Shown: positions 41,255-53,911 of the stretch, one piece after another
Layout: every line of letters begins with the position of its first letter
How positions within the stretch are numbered: position 1 is the stretch's first letter
Assembly: GCA_965649765.1 (NCBI GenBank)
Contig: OZ287753.1
Span: 65,100,001-65,164,000, forward strand
DNA length: 64,000 nucleotides
Source: Bispira polyomma
Lineage: Eukaryota
Direction: 5' to 3'
Made by a program: the position numbers and the translations under genes
The notes under the pieces: model-generated
What the model was told of the DNA's origin: nothing
The model's input: the letters and a program-made list of their open reading frames with translations, nothing else
Databases searched by the model: none

Positions 41255-44200
41255 ATGGTGTTCTTAAGGAGGAGCAGACACCTGGAGCTGCAGAGGTTGG
41301 AGTCTGGACCTCAGGAGAACCTCTCCATGGTGCACACCATCCTACAGCATGGGGTGAGGGAAGTGATGGGTAGACTGGACAAGCTGGAACACCAGTACTA
41401 TGGCAAGAGGAAGGATCCAGTGGAGGAGATTAAAAAGTGGGGAGGTGAGTCAGAGTGGGGGTGAAGCAGTTAAAAGTGGGGAGGTAAGTCAGACAGTTTG
41501 GAGGTAAATCAGACACTTGGGAGGTGAGTCAAACAGTTGGAAAGTGAGTCAGACAGTTGGGAGTTGGGTCAAACAGTGGGGAGGTGAGTCAAACAGTGAG
41601 AAGGTGAGTCTAACAGTGAGGAGGTGAGTCAAACAGTGGGGAGGTGAGTCAAACAGTGGGGAGGTGAGTCAAATGGTGAGAAGGTGAGTCAAACAGTGAG
41701 AAGGTGAGTCAAACAGTGGGGAGGTGAGTCAGTCAGTGGGAAGGTGAGTCAGACAGTGAGTAGGTGAGTCAGACAGTGGGGAGGTGAGTCAAACAGTCGG
41801 GAGGTGAGTCAAACAGTGGGGAGGTGAGTCAAACAGTGGGGAGGTGGGGTCAAACAGGGTAGGTGAGTCAAACAGGGGAGGTGAGTCAAACAGTGGGGAG
41901 GTGATTTAAATAGTTGAGAGGTGAGTCAGGCAGTGAGGAGGTGAGTCAAATAGTGGGGAGGTGAGTCAAACAGTTGGGAGGTGAGTCAAACAGTAGTAAG
42001 GAGAGTCAAATAGCGGGGAGGTGAGTCAAATAGTGGAGAGGTGAGTCAGACAGTGAGAAGGTGAGTCAGTCAGTGGGAATGTGAGTCAAACAGCTGGGAG
42101 GTAAGTCAAACAGTGGGGAGGGGGTTAAAAGGTAGGGAGGCGTGAGAGGGGTTGAGAGGGGGGTGAGAGGGAGGGTCAAAATACACCAGTACTACGGCAT
42201 GTAGCCAGTGGAGGATATCATAAAGTGGGGTGATGAGAGGCAATGACTGGAGAAGGAGGTCATAAAGTGGTGAGGTAGTTCACTTGACAATGTGTGTTAG
42301 AAGTGGAGGGAGGTTGTTTTTTATATGTATAAGAGAAGCTAGTTATTGTAACTGGGGAGTGAGGGCAGCTTCTGTATTATAACTGGGTAATAAGGGCAGG
42401 TTTTGTATTGTAACTGTATTGTAACTGGGTAATAAGGACAGGTTTTGTATTGTAACTGAGTAATGAGTGCAGGTTTTGTATTGTAACTGGGAAATAAGGG
42501 CAGGTTTTGTATTGTAACTGGGAAATAAGGGCAGGTTTTGTATTGTAACTGGGTAATAAGGGCAGGTTTTGTATTGTAACTGGGTAATAAGGGCAGGTTT
42601 TGTATTGTAACTGGGTAATAAGGGCAGGTTTTGTATTGTAACTGGGGATTGAGGGCAGGTTTTGTATTGTAATTGGGTAATGAGGGCAGGTTTTGTATTG
42701 TAACTGGGTAATGAGGGCAGGTTTTGTATTGTAAGTGGAGATTGAGGACAGGTTTTGTATTGTAACTGGGTAATGAGGGCAGGTTTTGTATTGTAACTGG
42801 AGATGTATAATGTATGTAGATTTGTATAAAATAAGTGAGAAAGTGGCTAGGGTTTGTCTGATGCAAATCTGAAAGCAAGTACCCCTAGTTTTGTTCCTAG
42901 ATTAGGAAACATTTTAATTAAAGATTAATTATTACATAAAACCAATAATAATGTATAAGTGTATGACTTGAAGTACAAGATTAAATCAACATGTTATTAA
43001 CAACACAGTAACATTGGCTTTTATTATTTCCTATCACATTCTCTGACACCCTAGGCATAGTGAAAGGGGTGATAGCCACAGCACACATCGCCGTCCTCAG
43101 TAAAGCCAAGCAGATCGACGAGATAGCCAAAAAGGCCAGCGACCCTCAGAAGAAGTTCAAGGTCGACATGTTCCAGCTGAACAAAGCCAAAGAAGCCGTG
43201 AGAAAAGTGCAGGACTTTGTGCCCTATAAGATGAATGACATCTTAAAGGACCTTACCACTATACTAGAATACCTGGAGAAGTACTGTCTGAGCTTCTACA
43301 GCAAGGAGAAAGGCGTGGACTTTGCTACAGCCGTGGAGTACGAGGACAGGAGAGACACCTGGCGGGATACCATCTCGGATAGCATCCACATGGTCAAATC
43401 CCTGGGCGAGAAGTTCAGACACGACGGCGTTAACGCTCAGGACTTCAGCGCCTACGGTAAGGAGTTGGCCCAGAAAGCGGGCTGCTTCCAGTACATGTTC
43501 CTGGCCATGTTCCCCGAATCCTGCGAGTGCGTCCGCAACGCCTGCAAAGCGGTGACTGCCTGGATAGAGGCAGATGCCTCCTATGCTCTCTACATCTCCT
43601 ATGATCTCACCGACCTGGAGACCAAGAAAGACCATTTTCTCAAGTCCATGAGAGACCTCCAACAACGCTATGCTTCCCTCTGCTTTGGGTAAGGTGATCT
43701 ATTAATCTAAACCCTTTCCACACCAATGGTAATTATATTTCTATAGCGCCAAGATTCAGACAAATGTCTGTTTCAAGGCGCTTTACAAATGGCAACAATT
43801 TACTTGAGACATACACTCTTGCAACTTATTTGTCAAGAAATACAATAGTGGCACTAGGTTTGGCTATAGGATTTTTTTAAATAAATAAGTCCTTAATTTT
43901 GATTTAAAACTGTCAACTGAAACTAAGGTTTTGATGTCTTTTGGTAGAGGGTTTCATTATTTTTATACAGCTACTGAAATGGCACGACCGCCAAATGTTT
44001 CTCTTTTTGACTTTGAAATAGTGAGCTTCTCACTGGAGCGGGTTTATATTACAAGATTCCATTATTGTTGGTAGCTTGGAAATATATATTCTGGAGCAAG
44101 TCCTCTTAATATTGGCATGAAATTTGTTGGCAAGCAATCGACACCCTTTTGAATTTTTTTTGGTTCAATTTTTGTAACATTTACATACAATGCAAACTTG

Positions 44201-47200
44201 ATCGAAATTACTGACAGATAATTAGCTATTTATATAGTTACTTGGGGGAGGGGGGGGGTGCTTCTGTAATCAGATTTGTTTTATCTGTTTGATTAGTTTA
44301 TTGCATAGTTCACCCATCAACGATTCCAGTATTTTCTATGCAATAAACTTGTAATGTTTTATTTAACCATTTTGAAATATTGTACAAAATTGGCGGGTTT
44401 AGTTGATGATACTTTGGTGCTAATACATTTACTTATATTTTGTTCACATCACCAACACTTGTGGGGTAGAGAAAATGACAGCGTACTAGCTAAAAAGGGT
44501 TTTGTTGTATTTTGATTTCTTTGTAAACCCAGAACTTAATCATTTAATTGTTTCTGGTTTAGTCGTTAATAATAATCTCACAGATAACCGTGTATATCAA
44601 TTTTATGATTCTAAACCACAAATGACATGGATTTAGTCGGAGTTTGTTTTCAATAGGTTTTTACTGAATGGGTCGAGCCTTACAGTCAATATGAATGGGT
44701 CTATTAAGTAGAATGGTCCATACAATATTCTCATGCAATATAATTCTTATATAATTACGAAACCAAAATAAGTCGGTAAACATTTGTATAGTTGAGCCAC
44801 TTGTCATGGCTCTGCCAATACATTCAAAACATTCTGGACTATTTTCAGATTTGGTTTTAAACTATTGACTGCTTAGTTTCAGTGTACAGATTTGTATTTT
44901 CTTTACCTATTTAGAAATTTAGATAGTCAGTATTTACCAACAAAAAAGTAGATAATAGATGATAAATTGTCAAAAAAGTGAATTGTTATACCTTTATGAA
45001 GGATCATTTGCGCCGAAAAATAGGAAAGTGTTTTTAAATAAGAGGTTCTTTTATCATTAGAATGGATCCAGAGTTGTCTTGATTTTTAAAAACTTGTCCC
45101 TCTAGAATTTAGTTTTCTGATCTACAACAGTGGGAATCAATGCAGTGCAAATATGTGTATGAAAAAACTAGGAAGACATTTTTTATAAAGTTTAATTTAA
45201 TGACAGGACAGTTTTATTCCTATATTCATACACGGATACAGACATACATTGCCAGGTACTAGATTAACAAATTGCCTTTATCTTCTGTTTATTTACAAAA
45301 AAACACACACCCTAAAGCTCTCCATATAAAAATGTAGAACAACGTTCAGGTGATTAAAGAACCAATGTAGAGTTTACTGACTCTCTGTTCACACGATCTG
45401 ATTAAATATTGCTCAGCCATTGATTGCCAGGATTTTAATTAACTGACAGCAAATAGAACAAACATTTGCAGTTTTACGTGAACATAGACTTTTTGAGCTT
45501 GGGGTTTGATCTCTGTAATGGATGTACAAATTAATGACACAGGGCTTCCCTCCCCCCCCCACCCCCTCCTCCCCCACCCTCAAAAAAAAAAAAGAAGGAA
45601 AGTGATAGGAGAGAAGTAAAGAAAACACAGCGAACAATGAATATTTAGAGTTTATGACAATATGCCTGAAAGCTAGGTGTTTAGGAATTTGTTTTTATAT
45701 AAGATTAATGCAAAAACTGCTGAAGCTAAAAGGGCACTCAGTAGAGTGCACACCTATGCTAAGATACCACATTGTCAAAAAGGTGAAATAAACAAAATTT
45801 CTGGATCTCTGCCCTTCTAGTACCTAGATTTGCACCAAAAGTGAATGGACTCTTTTTGCTAACCCATGCCCCCCCCCCCCCCCCCCCCCATCTATTGATA
45901 TTGATGAAGTTTGTGTAAATTGTGCCATTATTTCTGTGTATTTTCTTAGTTACAGACAAATTGATGGAAACGAGTGAAATCATAACCTCCTTGGCAGAAG
46001 TAAAAATATTTTTAATACAAATAAAATGAAATATTATGACCCTAAAAAGTACTGAATGATTAATGAACGAAGTTTTCCTTGGTTTAGAGATTTTTTGCCA
46101 ATGTTTCACATTCTGTTGATGTCACTTTTGCAGTATATGTTGTAATTTTACTTTGAATCAAATAGTTTAAGAGTTTGTTTTTCTCATTAATACAGGTTGA
46201 AGAATCTTGAAGTGAGGTGTGAAAAGCTAGAAGAAGAATTACAGGCCCTAAAGGTAACTGAGATAGACCCCCTAAACTCCCTGGACTCCTGTTCAGCTAT
46301 TTTTATTGTATTGTATTGTACATTTTTAATGCGCCTTATTGATGCTAGGCATCTTCTAAGGCGCAACATCAGAATCAATCAGCCAATAGAAAAATGAAAA
46401 AATATAGCCAGGTCATAAGGATTGATGCGTCAGCGCCCAGGAGAAGGACTACGGCGGATAGGCGAGCATGAAGAGATAGGTTTTAAGTCTTTTCCTAAAA
46501 CCAGAAAGTGAATCGAGCAGTCTGAGTTCAACTGGAAGACTGTTCCATAACATAGGGGTGGTGACCGAGAAGGCTCAAAATCCAAGCCTCTTGGTGGGTT
46601 TTTTAGAGGAAACAGAGAGTTTTCTTCCCCTTTTAAGGCTGCTGAAGGAGAGCTTAGTAGCGAGGTAGTGAGGCTGTTGAGAGACAACAGCTTTAAAAAT
46701 GGTTACGTGCATTTTAAACAGGATTCGATAGTGAATAGGAAGCCAGTGAAGTTTCTTGAGGTATGGAGTGACATCAGTACGGATTCCCAGACAAAAGATG
46801 ACTCTACATAGATAGTTTTGAATGGACTGCAACTTGTTTATTAGGGACTTTTTGGCTCCATACAGAAGAGAATTACAGTAGTCAAGGTGACTACTTACAA
46901 GAGCATAATCAATATCAGCATTAATCAATATTATTACACTGGCTATCATGTATGTGGGACTCATTTTACAAAAGGTCTTATTCTTAACCTAGTCTCAAGC
47001 TTAGCATTTATGTCTAAAATATTTTTAAGACTGTTCTTCTTAAAGTTAAGTGCAAACTTCACACTTATCAATCATCTTAATTGTTTTCTTACTGTCACTA
47101 GGACTAAGACCAAAATAGGAACCTTTTTTAAACAAAATTAATGATCAAAATCTTAAACTTAAGACCAAGTTAAGACCTTTTGTGAATATGGGCCCTAGTA

Positions 47201-50200
47201 GACCACACTGCAAGTTTTTGTCAAGGACTAAAACTCTTTGATCTGTTGATGTAAGCCTGCGCTTCCTTTCAGCATATTTGTGGCAGATCAGATCAGACGT
47301 CAGGAGACGTCTGTTGCCTTAACATAATTTATCGGTCAAGAAGCCAAAAAAAAAACAACAGGAGGTCGGTCTGATTTCTCAACAATAATGCAGAAATTCA
47401 GTGTATATATTATTATACTTTATGAGGTATAGTTGAGGGAGTCGTTTTTAGTTGATTCTGCTTAAATATACACAGTTGTTGATATATAATTATTTCATAC
47501 TTACAAACCCAATTTTTGTAGTTCCGATTTCCACAAAGTAAAGAGGGGTACCCGTCTAGAAATAATGGATTTTGATGCAAAAAAAAGCATAGTAATTGTA
47601 ATCAAATAAGCTTTCTCACACTATTTGACCATCAACATCCGACAAACATGTGGGACAAATCAGGTGAAAGAAAGCACACCGTCGGCTGGCGTCAGATCGG
47701 ACACCTTCAAAACGGTCGATGTCGGTGACTGCTGAAAGGAAGCCAAGGCTTACCATTATTTGATGGACCAGGGGTTTTATTAGAAAGGGGCTTTTATTAA
47801 AAAAATTATGGTACAATAGTACATTATTTATATTACGTTTTTATAAAAGCTATGAATACATAGAATTATGTTTTAGATACAGTAGAACCTCTATTATCCG
47901 AAACATGTTAGGAGAGGCAAAATTTTGTTTAGATAATAGAAGGTTCATAAAATAGAAGAGGTATTTGTGTACCAAAAAATAGGAAAACATAAATTTAGGA
48001 AAGTGGAAATGACTTCATGAAATTGAATATATGGGTAATAGAAAGTTGAGATAATGGAGGTTTTGAACTGTGTATTAATTGCTCTATCAAATGCTGACAG
48101 GGTAAGGCAGATGAGCTGACCACAGAGGAAGAACTCTTGAGAGAAGAGAGCAATGAGATCCAGCTTGAGATAGACAGGAAGGAGTGGAGGCGTGGAGAGC
48201 TGTTAAAGAACCACCACCTTATGCACCCAGAGGTCTTCCAGGAGAAGTTCAACGAGGTCACCGAGGTACTCAGAGACATGAAGTCAAAACTACCCTTTGT
48301 GAAGAGACAGCTCACCGCGGTCATCTACAAACTCTCTTGGATTGACCTCAAGAAGGATGAGGTGTTACAGGTAATTTAAGGCATGGTTTTAGGACACATG
48401 ATTAGTTGATTGATTCGGTGGTTGTTCTTTAAAAGATGCCTCATCAATAGTAGCTCACCTATAGAGGAACAGTGTAGTTTTCCACTTCAGCAAGTGTTCT
48501 GCCAACTTTCCTAAATATACACCAGGGCCGAGATTTAAACCCGTGTCTGCAGAGGTGGTTGGTCAGTGTGTTACCACTACACCACTGAGTTCCCTATGGA
48601 CAAGTTAAAGGCCCAATTAAAAATGTGCATATATTGTACTTCTATTTGTCAACTTATTTTCTTGATAAATGAAGTCTCAATGAAGTACATGCACCAATAC
48701 ATTGTAAATAGATTCATTCTGGCTGCTGTTAGAGTAAAAAAGATATAATTGTATCCACCGGAGGAGTAACTCCGGTGGATACTATGGATTAGTCATCATT
48801 ACGCCGCCGCCGCCGCCGCCGCCGCCGCTGCGTCAGTGTGTGTAAAGATTTTACTGTTACCGCTCTCCTGGGAAAACTTTTACACCTAGGCTCCTGAAAT
48901 TTACAGGAAATGTTCTTTATTACCAAACCTGGTAAGTAATTTTGGCCTCATTTTGACAAACAAGATGGCCGCCACAGGCGTTTCTTTGAAAATAATCAGG
49001 CTTTTAACTCTGTCTGTTTCTCAGCTGTAGAAGGTTGAATCTCTTTGCGGGTGACATGGATTTATATGTCCTTTATAAGCATGCAGACATTTGACCTTGA
49101 ATCTCCTTATTCAAGGTCATCCACAGAGTGCCAAAGTGACCGATTTTGGCCAAACTTTCCCTGGTGCCTATATCTCGCTTAATATTGGTCCTAGAGGTTT
49201 GGGATCTCAAGCAAACCTATAGGAAATTATGGGCTGGGAATCTTTTTATGTGCTCAGATTTGACCTTGGCCCTCTCCTTCAAGGTCAAACAGGGATGGCC
49301 AAACCGAAAACTGCCTATATCTCGCTTATTTTGGGTCAAACAGGGTTTGGATGTGCAACCAACCTATAGGAAATCATGGGCTGGGAATCTTTTGATGTAG
49401 TCCGATTTGACCTTGGGCCCCTCGTTCAAGGTCAAATGCAGATGGTCAAACCTAAAAGTCCCTATATCTCACTTATTATTGGTCCCAGATGTTTGGAGTG
49501 CCAAACCAACCTATAGAAAATCATGGGCTGGAAATCTTTTGATGTACCCAGATTTGACCTTGGGCCCTTCGTTCAAGGTCAAATGTGAATTGCCAAACTT
49601 AAAAGTGCCTATATCTCGCTTATTATTTGTCCGACAGGTTTGGAGTGCCAAACCAATCTATAGAAAATCATGGGCTGGGAATATTTAATGTACTCAGATT
49701 TGACCTTGGGGCCCTCGTTCAAGGTCAAATGCAGATGGCCAAACTTAAAAGTGCCTATATCTCGCTTATTATTAGTCCTACAGGTTTCAAATGTGAGACC
49801 AACCTGTACAAAATCATGGCCTGGGAATCTTTTGATGTGGTCCAATTTGACCTTTGGCCCCTCATTCAAGGTCAGTCTTGGTCAAACTTAAAAGTGCCTA
49901 TATCTCGCTTATTATTGGTCATACAGGTTTGGGATGTGAAACCAACCTATAGGAAATCATGGGCTGCTAATCTTTTGCTGTGGTTAGATTTGATCTTGGA
50001 TCCCTCGTGCAAGGTCAAATGGGTATTGCCTATCTCACACTCAATGGTTCCACATGTTTGCAATGTGAAACCCACGTGTGCGATTTAAGGCGTTAGCATA
50101 AATGCCCCATATGAGAATCATAGGCTCCAAGCTTGGGTGCTAGCTAGGGTGCTTGCTACCTAGGGTGCTTTGTCTTTCTGGTGGGTACAAATATGCATCG

Positions 50201-53200
50201 GTTCTCCGATACGCTAGGTCTAGTTATAGCAGTGTAATACATGTATTTTAATGCTTTTTACAAGCTAATGACATTGGTCGTCAATATTTAAAACTATTTA
50301 AAATAAATATGTAGTGGTTGAAGATTAATAATATTGTCACTGGGAGTATTACTTTGCAATTTTATCAGAAAATTTAGCTGGAATGAATTGTACTTTTTAT
50401 TTTTCAAATTGAACATACATTTATAACATTCATGCATATTTTATTGGTAATTTTTACTTTTTTGTGTTCTGAGAAATAATGCTACCAAAATATTTAAATT
50501 TTATTTGTGTGTCTAAAAACAAAATTTCTTGTTTCTTAAAATGGACCAAGGATTAAGCATGTTGCTACAAATAGGAGACAATGAAAAATGGAGATAAACC
50601 CTGGCTAGCCAATTGTTTCTGTTAGATCTGGACCAAGTAGTCTGTTACCAATACATGTCTGTTTTACTGCTATAGATTGCCACTTGGCACTTCCACCATA
50701 AAATTAACAGTTTTTATTTAGATTTACTACCTTGCTTTTAACAAGTGCGTAGTGTATTACAATGGACAGTTTATTTGTGGAGGTATTTTATTATGTCCCG
50801 ATTTATTGATTGATTTCTCATAAAGCATAAAGATACACATTGACAAATAGTAAAAAAGATCATATTGACCATGGATCTTATGCACAAAAATATATTTAAC
50901 CAATAAAAAACTGACTTACATAAAATTTTAGGGATTATAATCCTTTGGACAATATCCTGTGTTTTTTATTTTTCTCACTCATCAGAAACATACATATATT
51001 ATATCTAAATAGTATTACTATTGGGCATTTATATAGAGCCCTTTTGATATATCTTTCTTTAAGGCACTAAATGTACAAAAGGGATGGTCGTACAATATAA
51101 CCTTCAGTTGGTCGTCATCCATAGGCAATGGTGTGTAAACATCTTGCCTAAGGATGTGATCCCCCTATTAGCACGAGTTAAAACCGGGGACCTTGCGATC
51201 ACCAGACCAACTCCCTAAACACAATGACATTGTACAAAACATTTGATCTAACATAGACCACATGACCTACAGCAAATATGTGACAAACTTTCCTCATAAT
51301 GAAGGAATTGATGGAATTCAAACCCACATTGGTGACATGCCAGTGATTACAAATCCATCGCTTCAAATTAGCCAGGCGCGAGATTTGGTAAAGGAAGCTT
51401 ATTTGGTTTTTGTAGAATTTACCAACAGCACAACATTGTAAGGAATCTGAAATTCGCAGCTGTATCTAAAATTCGCCACCTAAAAAATCTAACTTACCTC
51501 AATTCCAGTTATTTTTTCCCAGTTTTTATTGATTTGGCTAAATGTTTAGGGGTGGTGAATTTCAAATACAGTGGCAAATTTGAGATTCCTTACTCTGATG
51601 ATTTACTCAATGCTCCATGTGATTTTCCTCTCTCACAGGAGAAACGTAAGAGAGATCTGGTGAAGGACGAGATGGAGTCAATGGAACAGGATAGGCTGGA
51701 GCATGAGATTGAATATGAGAACATTGTGAAGATACTGGAGCTAGCCAAACAGATCTACAAGTGTAAGAGTACCCCGGACTCTGTCTCTAAGATCTACCAT
51801 GGTCAGGCAGTGGAAATCAACAACTCTAGACTGCCGGGCAACAAAGGAAACAAGGGTAAGAAGCTGTCTATACACTGTAAAAATAGGGTGAGAAGGTGTC
51901 TATACACTGTAAATATAGGGTGAGAAGGTGTCAATACACTGTAAATATAGGGTGAGAAGGTGTCAATACACTGTAAAAATAGGGTGAGAAGGTGTCTATA
52001 CACTGTAAAAATAGGGTGAGAAGGTGTCTATACACTGTAAAAATAGGGTGAGAAGGTGTCTATACACTGTAAAAATAGGGTGAGAAGGTGTCTATACACT
52101 GTAAATATAGGGTGAGAAGGTGTCTATACACTGTAAAAATAGGGTGAGAAGGTGTCTATACACTGTAAAAATAGGGTGAGAAGGTGTCTATACACTGTAA
52201 ATATAGGGTGAGAAGGTGTCTATACACTGTAAAAATAGGGTGAGAAGGTGTCTATACACTGTAAAAATAGGGTGAGAAGGTGTCTATACACTGTAAAAAT
52301 AGGGTGAGAAGGTGTCTATACACTGTAAATATAGGGTGAGAAGGTGTCAATACACTGTAAATATAGGGTGAGAAAGTGTCAATACACTGTAAATATAGGG
52401 TGAGAAGGTGTCTATACACTGTAAAAATAGGGTGAGGTGTCAAAAAACTGTAAAAATAGGGTAAGAAGGTGTCAATACACTGTAAAAATAGGGTGAGAAG
52501 GTGTCTATACACTGTAAAAATGGGGTGAGAAGGTGTCTATACACTGTAAATATAGGGTGAGAAGGTGTCTATACACTGTAACAATGGGGTGAGAAGGTGT
52601 CAATACACTGTAAATATAGGGTGAGAAGGTGTCTATACACTGTAACAATGGGGTGAGAAGGTGTCAATACACTGTAAATATAGGGTGAGAAGGTGTCAAT
52701 ACACTGTAAATATAGCGTGAGAAGATTTCAACACACTGTAAATATAGGGTGAGAAGATGTCAATACACTGTAAATATAGGGTGACAAGCTGTCAATACAC
52801 TGTACCAACAGGGTAAGAAGGTCTTGATACACAGGCAGTGCTGTAAAGATGGGCTGGATCCTTGTAAAGTAAATGTTACTACGGTCAAACCTACTTGAGA
52901 GACCACCTCTATATAGAGACCACTCCTGTATAAAGACCACATTTTCATTTCCCAAGAGTAATATTAAATAATGTTCAACCTATATATATAAAGACCACCT
53001 CTCAATAGAGACCACTTCTGAGGGTTCCCCTTGTTGGTCTTTATAGACACTTTTCACTGTATATAGCTAAAGCTGGTGCATCATCAAACAGGGATTATAG
53101 TGAAATTAAAGATAATTTGATGGATGGTCAGATTTTTCCATGTCAATTAACAGTAGGCATCTCTATTTTCCAAAGTTCCCATATATCCTGGTGTAGAAAT

Positions 53201-53368
53201 CAGTTCTACACTTTTAAATTAGTAATTTTGCCTCTGGTTTTTTTTTATTAGAAAAACAAACAATTTCCTGGTGGCCACCTGAAATTCCAGACAAGACATA
53301 TGAATAGTTTATGTGTTCGCCTTAACCCTCATTAATAGCCAAACACCAGATTCCCCCCCCAAAAAAAA

Positions 53369-53401
<33 letters not shown>

Positions 53402-53853
53402 AAAAACAAAAAAAACAAAAACAAACAAAAAAAAAGAACAACAAAACAAACCAATTTGCAATAGTTTGTGAGTTACAATATGTAAAACTTTGTATGATAA
53501 AATGAGTAAACTGTTGCAGGGTTTTTATGATTTTGATATTTATGTTAAACTTAATAAAATAATGCAGTATTGTCCAAAAGAACTAGCCTTATATGTAGAA
53601 ATTATCTGGAATAAGTGTAAGAGTTTTGTTGAGGAACACTAAGTAGTCAAACACAACTGTATAGGTATTTTGAGTGACTTATAAGCCCACCAGAGGGCTT
53701 GGTAACATTTGTTTTGTTTTTGTATCACATGTATTAATGTCATGTTGCATGTCACTATAATAAATAAACTTTTTTTAGGTGGTTTCCCCGGTAACATATA
53801 GTTAATTTCAGTATGCCAATTGCTGGTATTGTTTTATTTAATACTACAGATTT

Positions 53854-53911
<58 letters not shown>

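Noticed and set aside
42339-42878. 179-aa minus-strand ORF
   Set aside because: It is the translation of the 31-bp minisatellite cycling through frames, with no gene signals.
43264-43665. Antisense or alternate-frame ORFs over real exons (also 25139-25384, 26537-26990, 47995-48324, 62811-63158)
   Set aside because: Shadow ORFs of GC-richer coding exons with no recognisable motifs.
45721-46005. Short Helentron-like remnant (ACCTCCTTGGCAGAAGT hairpin)
   Set aside because: Too degraded to define boundaries with confidence.
49146-50088. Several overlapping ORFs with repeated LKVPISRLL..PTYRKSWAGNL
   Set aside because: They arise from the ~147-bp (multiple of 3) tandem repeat of the Helentron-type element.
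51803-52955. Repetitive minus-strand ORFs and CRISPR-like 32-bp periodicity
   Set aside because: Head-to-tail minisatellite with no unique spacers, no cas genes and a eukaryotic intronic context.
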